Shown: positions 47,913-58,310, counted from the stretch's first letter. The stretch is 64,000 nucleotides of DNA from Bacilli bacterium (GCA_017541325.1 JAFXZI010000014.1:45741-109740), one strand, 5' to 3'. Notes: generated by a model from the letters alone, not told the origin. Translations and numbers: made by a program.

Positions 47913-48734
47913 ATGATAAATATGAATAAAAACAAATTAATAATAGTTAGTATTATTTGTATCTTATTATTTTCTTTTAGTTTTTATTATATATCTTTTA
48001 ATAAAGAGAAAAATAATAAAGAAATTAATAAAAAAGACGAACCAATTATAAATAATGAAAAAGATGATAATAAGAAAGATGAAGAAACGCAAGTAATAGA
48101 TAGTACAGAAACAAAAGATGATAAACAAGAAGTAACCGAAACAAATACTAATACAACTACAAACAATACTAATACTACTAAAGAAACAACTACTAATACT
48201 AAAAAGAGTAATACAACTTCTACTAGCAAAAGTAATACAACAAAAAAGAGTAATACTAATACTAGTACAAATACAAAAAAACCAACTAGTCAAAATAATA
48301 CTAATCATTCTAGTAGTACTACTCAACAAAATAATAACACAAGCACTAGCAGTAACAACAATAATACAAGTAGTAGTAATAACAACACTTCTACTACACC
48401 ACCAGAAACACCTTCAACACCTACAATTACATATTCTTGTCCTAGTGGATATACTCTAAATGGTACTAAATGTACAATAACTGTAAATGCTAGTTTAGTA
48501 TGTCCAGATAATACAACGGAATCTATTAATGATAGTTGTATCAATCTAAGTGAAGGGTATGAAAGTCAAAGCGAAGAATGTCCAAGTGGATATATTATGA
48601 TTAAAATGATTGGTATTGGTATACCTGATAAATATATGTGTCATCCTGCACACTCAAAAGTATATAGATGTGAAAGTGGTTATACTTTAAGTAATAATAA
48701 ATGTACTAAAACAATTGATGCAACACAAAATTAA
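47913..48734 (+). CDS. membrane-anchored protein with Thr/Asn/Ser-rich mucin-like stalk and C-terminal Cys-repeat domain
   Basis: 273 aa. N-terminal TM segment (LIIVSIICILLFSFSFYYI). About 110 aa of T/N/S low complexity. C-terminal tandem motif C-x-SGYTL-x-[GN]-x-KCT (CPSGYTLNGTKCT, CESGYTLSNNKCT). The overlapping minus-strand ORFs are low-complexity mirror frames. Confidence 0.6.
   Translation: MINMNKNKLIIVSIICILLFSFSFYYISFNKEKNNKEINKKDEPIINNEKDDNKKDEETQVIDSTETKDDKQEVTETNTNTTTNNTNTTKETTTNTKKSNTTSTSKSNTTKKSNTNTSTNTKKPTSQNNTNHSSSTTQQNNNTSTSSNNNNTSSSNNNTSTTPPETPSTPTITYSCPSGYTLNGTKCTITVNASLVCPDNTTESINDSCINLSEGYESQSEECPSGYIMIKMIGIGIPDKYMCHPAHSKVYRCESGYTLSNNKCTKTIDATQN
48090..48420 (+). repeat. 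low-complexity coding repeat (acaa/acta/aata-rich) encoding the T/N/S stalk
   Basis: Degenerate short repeats (aatactaatact, acaactac...) are visible in the DNA. They translate to TNT/NNT/SSS runs. Confidence 0.6.
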
Positions 48735-48761
48735 AACTATTAACTTAATGTTAATAGTTTT

Positions 48762-49460
48762 TTATTTGGTATGATTTCTAATTGTACTTTCAGATTTTAC
48801 TTCAGCAATATCCCTATCTAATAATTGATAATCAGCACGTAATCTTTTTTGACTTTGAAGCGGTAATAAAACATTATCTAATGAAACAAATCCACTCATA
48901 GTATGAATAATACTATAATTATCTTCTTTAAAAGAATTTGTACCAACAAATACTTTTTCATGTTTAGGATCTTTAAAAGATAAATACTTCGTTTTATCCA
49001 AACTATCTAGACTTCGACATATAGTAATAACTTCAGGTCTTGTTTCATATAAAGATTTATCTAGTATTTCAAATCCATAAGTTTTTAATAAATATAGTAA
49101 AAATGGTTTTCTTTGTTTAGGATTAACTCCTAAAAAATCATATCCATTATTAAGACACATATCTATCCATGAAGCAACCAAAAAAGAACCAATATTTAAA
49201 TCGCGAAACTCAGGATTTACTTTTATACCTATAAAATCACTTCTTTTTTGTTCATGATCTAAATAGAAATATAAATATCCTTGCATCACTAATCTGTCTC
49301 CAATAGGTGAAAAAGCATTTATGTAAAATTTAGGGCGATGAGAACCATCATCAAAAGATCTTCTTAAATATAATTTTTGATCATAATTTCCTGAAAATAC
49401 ATCATCTTTATATATTATTTCTTCCCCTTCAGGAATTTGTTTAAAAGTATCCATATGCAC
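48762..49460 (-). CDS. GNAT-fold (acetyltransferase-like) protein
   Basis: 232 aa. GNAT motif-A-like FRDLNIGSFLVASWIDMCLNNGYDF and motif B ..LLKTYGFE... Start 5 nt after the stop of the giant NTase-domain gene. Confidence 0.5.
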   Translation of the reverse strand: MHMDTFKQIPEGEEIIYKDDVFSGNYDQKLYLRRSFDDGSHRPKFYINAFSPIGDRLVMQGYLYFYLDHEQKRSDFIGIKVNPEFRDLNIGSFLVASWIDMCLNNGYDFLGVNPKQRKPFLLYLLKTYGFEILDKSLYETRPEVITICRSLDSLDKTKYLSFKDPKHEKVFVGTNSFKEDNYSIIHTMSGFVSLDNVLLPLQSQKRLRADYQLLDRDIAEVKSESTIRNHTK

Positions 49461-49464
49461 CTCT

Positions 49465-52400
49465 TTAATTTCTACTAACAGTTCTATCAGTTGTAAGAGA
49501 ATCTGTTAAGTGTGTTGATCTATCTTGTATTCTTGTTTCTGTACCTTTCATATATTTTCTACAAGCTTCAACCATATTACGGTATCCCTCTTCTCTCATA
49601 TTATCTGATACAAATTCATCAAATCCTTTTCCATAAAAGTTTCTACCAAAGTCATATACTTTATATTTTTCTTTAAATTCTTCAAAAGATACCATTCTTC
49701 CATCAGGAGTTAAAGCAGCTGATAAGAAACTTCTACAAGCGTCAGTAAAACTTCCTCCATTTTGTAAAATCCAGTTTTCTACACCAACTCCACCTAAACC
49801 TCCTGTACTATCTGGAGAATGTGCTGGTTTATAACATTCATTTTCTTTTAAGAACTTTTTAGCAAATATAATATTATCTAGTACTCTCTGATATTTTAAA
49901 GGATCTTGTCGTTTAATATTTTCTAATCTATCTTTTAAACATTCATCTGTACTATAAAAATCCATTTCATCTTTTTTAACGTAAGATATATCTAAATCAA
50001 CCGGTTCTTCAAGTCCTGGAATAACTACTCCTTTTAACCTTAAATTACCATTTGCAAGTACTTGTCCATCTTCTACAGCTTTTTCATAATTAATTCCTAA
50101 TTTAGCACATATAGTTTTACTTAATTCTTCTGGTTTTTCACGTACATCTATTCTCATAATAAAATCAAAGTCACTTGTTATTTCTGTATTAGTTCCTCTT
50201 CCAGTTGAACCTGTATCGATTAAATCTACTCCTCCTAAAGTTAAATCTTCAGATTGAGATGAACTAAATCTTAAACCTCTTTCACTCATAGCTTCAGCAA
50301 CAACTCTATTAATATGAGCTCTTTTGTTATTAGAGTCTTCTATTAATTTTTGATTATTATAATCTGGAACATCATCTAAATGAGATGAGAAAGTATATTC
50401 TTCACATCCATATCTAGATAATCCAGACATTTTACTTCTTATTAAATCATATTCTTCTGGTGTAAATAGTAGTTTCCCAGTATTTTTATCATATACCGGA
50501 ATATAAAAACCATTTAAAGCGATTGCAAATTTAGTATCTTCAACAAGCATTTCTCTTCTTTTTAATTCATCTTCATTTAGATTATCTGTATCACCTTTTT
50601 TTATAGTAGGATCAATTATGACATAGTCTATATCACAAGAACCAAATCCAGTTCTAATTCCCCATTCAATTCCTGTTGAAAAGACTTCTTTTCCATAACA
50701 TACTTCAGAAGACTTCTTAGTATCTGCATCTCTAGTCACTTTAAATCTTCCATCATTTTTAATAACAAACCAAATTGGTCCCCATCCACTAGAATATGAA
50801 TTATCTACTCTATCTTTTACTTTTCTTTCTTTTCCAATTCTTGTAAGATCTGTATCACATGGAGTTTGATCACTTCCAGGAGTCCCTACCCCTAAATATT
50901 CTTTGGCTAGAGAACCATTTTGTAATATATCATATAAGAATTGTGTATCTCCAATTCCTTTTAAGAAATCTCCTTCTTCAAGTGAAATCCCTTCTCTTGC
51001 ATATCTTCTTCCTCTTATATCTGCTCTTGTTTTTGATTCATCCATCATTGTTTTTAGTTGTTCAAAAGATTTAATACCACCCATAAATCCAAACATTCTA
51101 ACAATTCTATCTGGAAGATCATATCTTGAAGTAGTTCCAAACAAAGAATGAAGTTTATTTAAATCTTCTTTAGTATCACCAGATAATTCGACTGGATGTT
51201 CTCTTCCTGCTTTTGATTGATTATAAACCGCCTCTAAATGTTTTAAAAAAGTAGTAAGTATCTTTTTATTTCTATCATCTAAACTCTCAATATCTACTTC
51301 ATTTGATGTTATTAGTAAATATAGAGCATTTCCTCTTTCAATAGTATTTAAATAATTTCTTAAAGATAGATTATTAGATTCTGCAGCTATTCTAATTAAA
51401 TCACCTAAAATAACCATATTTCTTCTTTCATCATCTATATTAGATAATGTTGGACTCATCATATCTTCTTTAACTGTTTCAAAATCAAATTCAGGATACA
51501 TTATTTTATATATTAAAAATCTTTTTGCCATTTCCGGAAGATTATTATGAATAAATACATTTTCTATTTTTGCAAGTTTATCTTCATAATTATCTGGATT
51601 ATTTAAAATTTGTCCTAGTATTTCACAAAAGAATTTATTTAATTCTTTACAATTGGAATTCTCCATATGTTTTTTTAAACACTCGTAAACTTCAATTAGT
51701 TTTGATGCTTTTTTATCATCTATACTAAGGAGTGAACCATCAGAAAATATTTTATCTATTAATACTCCAGCTGAATCATAATTACCTCTTGATATTTTAA
51801 TTAAAACTTCAAACATTGATCTTGAAATACCTAATTTTTCATAATCATATTCATCTAATAAATTCATATTATATTGTTCGATATATTCAAAAACATGTAA
51901 TAGGTTAATTTTACCAATAAACTCTCTAAAATGATCTTCATTAAACATTAATTCCCCTGATTTACTAAGTCTAAATACTTTATTAAAATCTATTGTTTCA
52001 TTTTCTTCATCATGAAAAACATGTCGTCTAAAATCCATAAATAAATAATATGGATAATAAGATGACTCTAATATTTTTAATTCTACTTCTGTTAAATGTT
52101 TTGCAAGTTCTGGTATTACTTTACCATCTTGAATAAATGGCCTTGATGTAGATTCAAACGGATCAATCAATTCATATAACTTATCATTAACTAATAAATA
52201 ATATCCATCAATAGAAAATGCTTCTTTTATATTATTTCTATTTAAACTCCCTTTTTTTAATAAATTCTTAATTAAACTAAAATATTCATCTACATTAGAT
52301 TTTCTTTTATAGTTACCATCTCTAACAACAGTAATAAATTTAGAAACATCTTCTCCAAATAGTTTTTTTATAAAATCACTTGAAAAAGTATTTTTACGAA

Positions 52401-52914
52401 AATAAAAATTTATATTTCCATCAATAAAATAATCAGCACCTTTACTTAATAATAAATCATAGAATTCTGATTTAATTTTATTATTTTCATCAAATATATC
52501 TGAAATAGTTAATCCTTTAAATTTTAATAAATATGTAAGTACACATCCTAAAAGTGCTCTATCATTTGGTTTAAAAGACTTAGTTAATTCTCTAAACGCT
52601 TCTGCTTTTTTTAAATCTTCTTCACTAAAAGAGTTTTCCCAGTTAACACCAAGATTAGATAAGAATTTTTGAACATCAGGTGATAATAAAATAGCCGGAT
52701 TTCCATTAAATGTTCCATTTGAATTAATGAAATCTAATAAATTTTGTGCTGATAAATGTTTTTTATTTAAAATTTTAGAAAAAGAATCTGTAACTGATGA
52801 ATAATCATAATAATGACTAATTGTTTCTCTAAGTTCATCTAATGGTCCTCTTCTTAATAATCTTTTAAATCTTCTTTTACCATATAAAAACCATGTAAAA
52901 GCATTATATCGCAT
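49465..52914 (-). CDS. giant hypothetical protein (~1150 aa) with C-terminal Pol-beta-superfamily nucleotidyltransferase signature
   Basis: The C-terminal third contains ..VDLIDTGSTGRGTNTEITSDFDFIMRIDV.. (the G-S-x9-13-D-h-D signature) and, ~45 aa later, ..EPVDLDISY.. as a candidate third acidic residue. N-terminal ~850 aa is helical with no motif I recognise. Start set at ATG (MRYNAF) with GGTGA RBS. Extended -10 TGtTATAAT upstream. Confidence 0.65.
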   Translation of the reverse strand: MRYNAFTWFLYGKRRFKRLLRRGPLDELRETISHYYDYSSVTDSFSKILNKKHLSAQNLLDFINSNGTFNGNPAILLSPDVQKFLSNLGVNWENSFSEEDLKKAEAFRELTKSFKPNDRALLGCVLTYLLKFKGLTISDIFDENNKIKSEFYDLLLSKGADYFIDGNINFYFRKNTFSSDFIKKLFGEDVSKFITVVRDGNYKRKSNVDEYFSLIKNLLKKGSLNRNNIKEAFSIDGYYLLVNDKLYELIDPFESTSRPFIQDGKVIPELAKHLTEVELKILESSYYPYYLFMDFRRHVFHDEENETIDFNKVFRLSKSGELMFNEDHFREFIGKINLLHVFEYIEQYNMNLLDEYDYEKLGISRSMFEVLIKISRGNYDSAGVLIDKIFSDGSLLSIDDKKASKLIEVYECLKKHMENSNCKELNKFFCEILGQILNNPDNYEDKLAKIENVFIHNNLPEMAKRFLIYKIMYPEFDFETVKEDMMSPTLSNIDDERRNMVILGDLIRIAAESNNLSLRNYLNTIERGNALYLLITSNEVDIESLDDRNKKILTTFLKHLEAVYNQSKAGREHPVELSGDTKEDLNKLHSLFGTTSRYDLPDRIVRMFGFMGGIKSFEQLKTMMDESKTRADIRGRRYAREGISLEEGDFLKGIGDTQFLYDILQNGSLAKEYLGVGTPGSDQTPCDTDLTRIGKERKVKDRVDNSYSSGWGPIWFVIKNDGRFKVTRDADTKKSSEVCYGKEVFSTGIEWGIRTGFGSCDIDYVIIDPTIKKGDTDNLNEDELKRREMLVEDTKFAIALNGFYIPVYDKNTGKLLFTPEEYDLIRSKMSGLSRYGCEEYTFSSHLDDVPDYNNQKLIEDSNNKRAHINRVVAEAMSERGLRFSSSQSEDLTLGGVDLIDTGSTGRGTNTEITSDFDFIMRIDVREKPEELSKTICAKLGINYEKAVEDGQVLANGNLRLKGVVIPGLEEPVDLDISYVKKDEMDFYSTDECLKDRLENIKRQDPLKYQRVLDNIIFAKKFLKENECYKPAHSPDSTGGLGGVGVENWILQNGGSFTDACRSFLSAALTPDGRMVSFEEFKEKYKVYDFGRNFYGKGFDEFVSDNMREEGYRNMVEACRKYMKGTETRIQDRSTHLTDSLTTDRTVSRN

Positions 52915-52999
52915 TAATATCACCACACTTTATTATTATCTATTTTAATTATAACACGACTAAAGATTTAAATAATTCTATTTGACAACTAATCCGTAA

Positions 53000-53034
53000 A
53001 ACAAAAAACAAAAAAAGTCCTCAAAAAGGACTTT
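53000..53034 (-). terminator. rho-independent terminator of the tRNA operon
   Basis: aaagtcct(caaaa)aggacttt hairpin; the minus transcript continues with UUUUUUUGUUUUUUG. Confidence 0.6.
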
Positions 53035-53043
53035 AATAACAAC

Positions 53044-53120
53044 ATGGTGACCAGTACGGGATTCGGACCCGTGTATCCTGCCGTGAAAGGGCAGTGTGTT
53101 AAACCGCTTCACCAACTGGC
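53044..53120 (-). tRNA. tRNA-Glu (anticodon UUC)
   Basis: Revcomp reads GGCCAGT-TG-GTGAAGCGGTTTAACAC-A-CTGCC-CTTTCAC-GGCAG-GATAC-ACGGG-TCCGAAT-CCCGT-ACTGGTC-A-CCA. Cloverleaf folds with perfect acceptor, anticodon and T stems and an encoded CCA. Position 55 in the T-loop reads C (TCCGAAT). Confidence 0.85.
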
Positions 53121-53125
53121 CATAA

Positions 53126-53202
53126 ATGGCGCCTCAACTGGGACTTGAACCTAGGACCCCTTGATTAACAGTCAAGTGCTCTAACCAACTGAGCTATTGA
53201 GG
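53126..53202 (-). tRNA. tRNA-Asn (anticodon GUU)
   Basis: Revcomp GCCTCAA-TA-GCTC-AGTTGGTTA-GAGC-A-CTTGA-CTGTTAA-TCAAG-GGGTC-CTAGG-TTCAAGT-CCCAG-TTGAGGC-G-CCA. One A:C mismatch in the T-stem. Confidence 0.85.
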
Positions 53203-53205
53203 CAA

Positions 53206-53283
<78 letters not shown>

Positions 53284-53367
53284 ATACTTACAACTTCTTC
53301 TCTCAAATCAGTCATACTTCTAAATTGTATAATAAGAAATAGAAAAATGCAAGTATTTTTTTCTTTT

Positions 53368-54012
53368 TTATTTAATGTCAAAGTCTTTTACTTTGCCATA
53401 ATCCTTATATTCTAATTCAACTATTACCTTTCTTGCTGCTTCTCCTCTTGCAATAGCATAATTAGTATAATCAATAGTTACTTTACTTATATGATTATCC
53501 TTATATTTTATTTTAATTGTATTTAGACTTTTATCATTTACTTCAATATCATATGCTAAAGCAAAATTAGTAGTTGAAAGTTTATATATTTTATCTTTTT
53601 TATCATATTCACTCATATTAATTATTTTATTAATTTCATTTATATTAAAATAATCAATATAAAAATAAGGTTTTTTAGTTAATACATAATCATTATCTTT
53701 TTTTATTAAAGCAATATCTTTATATATATAATAATCATTTTCTTCTTTATCTTTAGTTACTCTAAATGATTCTTTATCATTGAATTTTTTTCCTTCATAT
53801 ATATAAGTATCATCATTAATAGTTAACTTATAAGTATAATAATAATTATTTTTAGTAAGATTATCTTCTTTAACAGGATTTTCTTGAATTTTAGAATCAT
53901 TTATTCTTACTATTACTATCATAAAGATAATTATTAATAAATAAATAGCACCAACTACATAATTCTTTATTCTCTGTTCTTTCTCAGTTTCTTTTTTTGT
54001 TTTCTTTTTCAT
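53368..54012 (-). CDS. membrane-anchored hypothetical protein (214 aa, Tyr/Lys-rich ectodomain)
   Basis: K/E-rich cytoplasmic head, one TM segment (YVVGAIYLLIIIFMIVIV), then a Y/K/D-rich domain. Start overlaps the fmt stop. Confidence 0.5.
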   Translation of the reverse strand: MKKKTKKETEKEQRIKNYVVGAIYLLIIIFMIVIVRINDSKIQENPVKEDNLTKNNYYYTYKLTINDDTYIYEGKKFNDKESFRVTKDKEENDYYIYKDIALIKKDNDYVLTKKPYFYIDYFNINEINKIINMSEYDKKDKIYKLSTTNFALAYDIEVNDKSLNTIKIKYKDNHISKVTIDYTNYAIARGEAARKVIVELEYKDYGKVKDFDIK

Positions 54013-54013
54013 T

Positions 54014-54961
54014 TTATTCCCCTTTATTAAAGATTTTTCCTAATAATTTATCTCCATCATGTCCATTAAAATAATCCTTCATAAGTACTCTTTTACCACC
54101 AGCAAATTTTATATCTGTAATTATTACTTCTCCATCTTTACAAGCAACACCAATTCCATCTTTATATATTTTTCCAATTTCACCTAGTTGTTTTTCTGTA
54201 TAAAAATCATTTGTTTTACGAGAATTATATATCTTTACTATTTCTCCATCTAACACTGCATATCCTCCTGGGAATGGAGATAACGCTCTAATTTGGTTAT
54301 ATACAGTATTAGCATCTTTACTAAAATCAATTAACTCATCATCTCTCGTAATAATTGGTGCAAAAGTAGCTTCACTATCATTTTGTTTAATACTTTCATT
54401 AGTACCATTAATAATATCAGGTAATGTTTTTAAAAGAAGATCTCTACCTACTATAGATAATTTATCATGTAATGTTTCAAAATTATCATCTTCTTTAATT
54501 TCTACTACTTCTTTAGATATCATATTTCCTGTATCCATATGTTCATCCATATACATTATAGTGATTCCAGTTTCTTTTTCTCCATTTAATATTGCTCTTT
54601 GAATTGGAGCTCCACCTCTATATTTTGGAAGTAAAGATGCATGAACATTTATACAACCAAGTTTAGGTGTTTCAAGTATCTCTTTTGGAATTATTTGACC
54701 ATATGCACAAGTTACTATTAAATCTGGTTTTCTCATTGTTACTTCATTATATTCTTTTCTTATTTTTTCAGGTTGAATAACAACTATTCCATATTTTTCA
54801 GCTAATAACTTAACTGGACTTTTTCTTAATTCTTTATGTCTACCTACTTCTTTATCAGGTTGAGTAACAACTGCTATAACATTATAATTATCTATTAAAC
54901 TTTGTAAAATAGGTACACAAAAATCAGGAGTACCCATAAAAATAACATCTATCTTTTTCAA
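54014..54961 (-). CDS. fmt: methionyl-tRNA formyltransferase
   Basis: ..IDVIFMGTPDFCVPILQSL.. N-terminus, SLLPKYRGGAPIQRAI formyltransferase motif, C-terminal tRNA-binding domain. Start placed at TTG (54959-54961) with GGTGA 5 nt upstream, giving a 316-aa product typical of Fmt. The track ORF extends further in frame. Confidence 0.9.
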   Translation of the reverse strand: MKKIDVIFMGTPDFCVPILQSLIDNYNVIAVVTQPDKEVGRHKELRKSPVKLLAEKYGIVVIQPEKIRKEYNEVTMRKPDLIVTCAYGQIIPKEILETPKLGCINVHASLLPKYRGGAPIQRAILNGEKETGITIMYMDEHMDTGNMISKEVVEIKEDDNFETLHDKLSIVGRDLLLKTLPDIINGTNESIKQNDSEATFAPIITRDDELIDFSKDANTVYNQIRALSPFPGGYAVLDGEIVKIYNSRKTNDFYTEKQLGEIGKIYKDGIGVACKDGEVIITDIKFAGGKRVLMKDYFNGHDGDKLLGKIFNKGE

Positions 54962-55015
54962 TTTAATCACCAATCTAATTATAAAATAATAAAAACTAAT
55001 AATCAATTAAGATTA

Positions 55016-57556
55016 TTAGTTTAATTCTGTAGGTGGTTCTTCCAAAGCTTGTTCACCATCTAATTCTCTTTTTTCTCCAATTGTTGTTGTATTTACTTCT
55101 GTCATCATAACTTTAACAGTTTCTCCCTCTTTATCTGGTGTAACATTAGAGGTTTTATGTGATCTATATCTTTTTGCAGTTGTTGAATTATCATAAGTAG
55201 TCTTACTACTTGAATAATCTTTTTCAGCAATTTCTGCAGCTTTTGATTTTACTTGCCACTCAGTATAAGCATTACTTCTTCTCTCGTTATATGCTTCTGT
55301 TGATTCTCCTTCATATTGACCAGTTTCAATTACTTCACGATATTTATTCTCTGCAGCTTGTGCAGCGACAATAGCATTTTTCAAATTATCTCTACTTGTT
55401 TCCAGTGCCTTTCCACCTAAATTAGTTTTTCTATATTGAGCATCAGCTCTACTTTTGTTAACACTATTTTGGAAGGCTCTATTTACACTTCCTTTTAATC
55501 TATTAGCATCTAATTGAGTCTCACTATCAATTGTATTCCAAGCATTTCTTAATTGGTCGTTCGCAGCACTTCTATATCTTTCGTTCATACCACGAACACC
55601 TTCTTTAAGACTTCCTCTAATTCCAGCACCACTAGCAAGTCCTGATACTAAACCAGATCCAAATCCTAAAACACCACCAGTTACATTTCCTAAGAAACTA
55701 CCATTATGTGTATCAAGTCCAAAGAATTTATTTAAGTATTTAGGTGACTGATAAACAAATAGTAATAAGCCAACTATTAAGAATGATTTTAAATATAAAA
55801 GTCTAAGTGGCGTTATACCAGTACCTTCTGCACCTTCCCAAGTAATAAATAAATCATTTATTTTTATTTCAGAAGCTAAATATAAAATCATATACATTAA
55901 GCCAATTTTAATAAATAAATCTACAAATGTAATTGCTGTTTCTTTTAACCATTCTTTTAATGGATCATTTTCATCTCTATATGGACTAATATTAAGAAGG
56001 ATTGGAATTGGTGCTAACATTTCTAATACTAAAAGTCTAAAGAACCTAACTCCAGCACTTACTGTTATTCCAACAAGAAGGAATAATGTAATCATTCCAA
56101 CTATAGTAGATAATAAATATCTATATTCATAACTATATCCAGGATTTTTACCATCTCTTCCAAATGGACTTACATCATTTATATGTTTTACAAAATCATC
56201 AATTGATGCAATATCTTTACTTCCATCAATAGATGCAAATTCTTGTTTTTTATTAGTATAATTTGGATGAAAGAATGGAGATAATACAACTACTGCTAAA
56301 TCATCCGATATTTTTTCTATATCTTTCTGCGCTTCATCTTCGTTTTGACCCAATAATACTTTTGGAACTATTGGTATAAAAGTATATTGAATTCTATATG
56401 CAAGTTCAAATAAACCAGGAGTCATTAATAAAAGTATTAACATTGCAATTGTTTTAAATATTAAAGTTCTACTTCCTTTAAATCTATCCGTTAATTCATC
56501 TGGATTAAACATATATCTTATAAATGTTAAACTAAGTCTAAATAGCATTATAATACCTAAAACTACATATATCTTATTTCTAACATTACTAACAATATCT
56601 GTATATATTCTAAGTCTTGCTATATCGAATAAACCTTGAATTACCCAAATAATAGATGAATATATATAATAATCTAAAGTAAAGAATACACTTCTTACAA
56701 CATTAACAAATTTATATCCTTTAAATATTGTTAATTCTGTAGATTGAACATTTATATTTCCTAGAACTGCACTGCTATATATTTCTCCAGTTTCATAAAG
56801 TAATAACGCTTTATTTTCTGATACAGTAAGAGATACTAAGTTATTATTACCAACTTTCATTTCATTAGATATATAATATGTTTTTTTATGTTTTCCTCTT
56901 AAATCAAATATATATATTACATTTCCATTTTTCTCAACAGAATCAAATATCTTTTCTCCAGTAGAATTATGAGTTATTAAATAAACATATCCCGTACTAT
57001 AACTTAAATCATTTCTAGTACCTCTAATATCTACATCAAAATTATTTTCTAACTTTTTCTCTTCGCTATAGACACTACCTTTTTTACCATCGTATGTAAA
57101 ATATCTATTAAATCTATTAGAAAAAGCAATATGACTACCAGATAAATTTATAGTACTTGTCTCAGTTAAAGTTTCCATATCAATAACTGAATATTGTCCA
57201 CTGCCTTTACTTGCTAATAAAGTATTAGTATTAGGATCATATGAAATACTTGCACTACTACTTAAATTAAATCTTTTTTCTTCTAAAACACTATATGTAT
57301 TTTTATCTAAAAACATAAGTGTACCATTACCTCTAGATACAACTAAATAATCTCTAGTTGAAGCAATAGATTTAAAAGTACTATTACCACCTAAGCCATC
57401 AGTCTTAGATAGTTTTTTTTCTAAACTAATATCTATTACTTCTGTAAGTCTTTTTTTAGATAATCCTCTTAAGTTATTTTTAATATCTTCAACCGCAAAA
57501 ACACTTACAGGAATCATAAGTAATAATAAAATTAATACTAAATATCTTCTCCTCAT
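55016..57556 (-). CDS. large polytopic membrane protein with N-terminal secreted beta-rich domain and Gly-rich/charged C-terminal tail (possibly BatD-like)
   Basis: 846 aa. Signal peptide MRRRYLVLILLLLMIPVSVFAVED. ~280-aa Ser/Thr/Asn-rich extracytoplasmic domain. At least 8 TM helices. GSGLVSGLASGAGIRGS Gly-rich segment. ~200-aa hydrophilic C-terminus. Confidence 0.5.
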   Translation of the reverse strand: MRRRYLVLILLLLMIPVSVFAVEDIKNNLRGLSKKRLTEVIDISLEKKLSKTDGLGGNSTFKSIASTRDYLVVSRGNGTLMFLDKNTYSVLEEKRFNLSSSASISYDPNTNTLLASKGSGQYSVIDMETLTETSTINLSGSHIAFSNRFNRYFTYDGKKGSVYSEEKKLENNFDVDIRGTRNDLSYSTGYVYLITHNSTGEKIFDSVEKNGNVIYIFDLRGKHKKTYYISNEMKVGNNNLVSLTVSENKALLLYETGEIYSSAVLGNINVQSTELTIFKGYKFVNVVRSVFFTLDYYIYSSIIWVIQGLFDIARLRIYTDIVSNVRNKIYVVLGIIMLFRLSLTFIRYMFNPDELTDRFKGSRTLIFKTIAMLILLLMTPGLFELAYRIQYTFIPIVPKVLLGQNEDEAQKDIEKISDDLAVVVLSPFFHPNYTNKKQEFASIDGSKDIASIDDFVKHINDVSPFGRDGKNPGYSYEYRYLLSTIVGMITLFLLVGITVSAGVRFFRLLVLEMLAPIPILLNISPYRDENDPLKEWLKETAITFVDLFIKIGLMYMILYLASEIKINDLFITWEGAEGTGITPLRLLYLKSFLIVGLLLFVYQSPKYLNKFFGLDTHNGSFLGNVTGGVLGFGSGLVSGLASGAGIRGSLKEGVRGMNERYRSAANDQLRNAWNTIDSETQLDANRLKGSVNRAFQNSVNKSRADAQYRKTNLGGKALETSRDNLKNAIVAAQAAENKYREVIETGQYEGESTEAYNERRSNAYTEWQVKSKAAEIAEKDYSSSKTTYDNSTTAKRYRSHKTSNVTPDKEGETVKVMMTEVNTTTIGEKRELDGEQALEEPPTELN

Positions 57557-57638
57557 GGCTTACCACCTTATTATAATTATATCAAATAGATAAGCATTAT
57601 TAAACAAAATATAAAAAAAGAAAAAGACTTTACAAGTC

Positions 57639-58310
57639 TTAATAGTTTTTTCCTTTATATTGATATCTAGTATCTTCTTTTCTATTGATGTCGTCTCTTT
57701 CTCTATCATTTCTATCTTGTTGCGTTTGTTTTTGTTGTTCTTTTATTTGTTCTTCTAATTCTTTTTCTTTAGAATCATCATCATTATTATTATTTTGATT
57801 TTCTTTATTATTATCTTTATCTCCAGTACTTCCACCTTTTGAAGATTTTTCTTGTTTTAATTTTTCTAACTCATTATATATTTCTTGTGAATTACTATCT
57901 TTACCACTTACTAAGTCTTTTGCAGCACAATTATTAACTAAAAGAATATCTTGAATATATTCTATATCATCTATTAAATCTTCTTTAGTTAAGTTAAGTA
58001 TTTTCATATATGAAAGTGATAAATTATTTCTAACTTTGCATTCTCTTTTTTTAGATACTGTTTTTAAAGCTTTTTCATATTCTAAAATAGCATCACTATA
58101 TTCTCCTAAATTATATAAATTATTTCCTTTATTATAGTATGCTATATAACTTTCAGGAAAATTTAAAATAAATAATTGTTCTACTAAACTACTATTATAA
58201 TAACCTTTATTACTTTTAGAAATATATGCTTCATTAATTACATATCTAATTGATAAATGAAATAAGAATAAAGACATAATTACTAGTACAAATATTATTA
58301 TTTTTTTCAT
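57639..58310 (-). CDS. membrane-anchored TPR-like protein (BatC-like) with charged low-complexity tail
   Basis: 223 aa. N-terminal TM segment. TPR-like helices (YNKGNNLYNLGEYSDAILEYEKALK). D/N/K/E/Q-rich C-terminus. Confidence 0.5.
   Translation of the reverse strand: MKKIIIFVLVIMSLFLFHLSIRYVINEAYISKSNKGYYNSSLVEQLFILNFPESYIAYYNKGNNLYNLGEYSDAILEYEKALKTVSKKRECKVRNNLSLSYMKILNLTKEDLIDDIEYIQDILLVNNCAAKDLVSGKDSNSQEIYNELEKLKQEKSSKGGSTGDKDNNKENQNNNNDDDSKEKELEEQIKEQQKQTQQDRNDRERDDINRKEDTRYQYKGKNY

Noticed and set aside
47967-48544. Minus-strand ORFs (120, 80 and 73 aa) overlapping the plus-strand T/N/S-stalk gene
   Set aside because: Pure low-complexity antisense translations (Val/Leu/Phe runs) of a DNA repeat. 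The plus frame is longer and has an N-terminal anchor and a non-repetitive Cys-motif C-terminus.
554-51151. Numerous short plus-strand ORFs (60-150 aa) nested inside long minus-strand genes (e.g. 554..751, 3977..4205, 24699..25151, 35218..35535, 39264..39557, 46666..47028, 50859..51151)
   Set aside because: All overlap much longer, motif-bearing minus-strand genes. Their Leu/Ile/Phe/Ser-rich translations are what AT-rich antisense frames produce.
55016-57556. 846-aa polytopic protein as VirB6/TrbL/TcpH of a conjugative element
   Set aside because: No VirB4/VirD4-type ATPases, relaxase, or coupling protein anywhere in the window. The context is a Bat-like operon and fmt.
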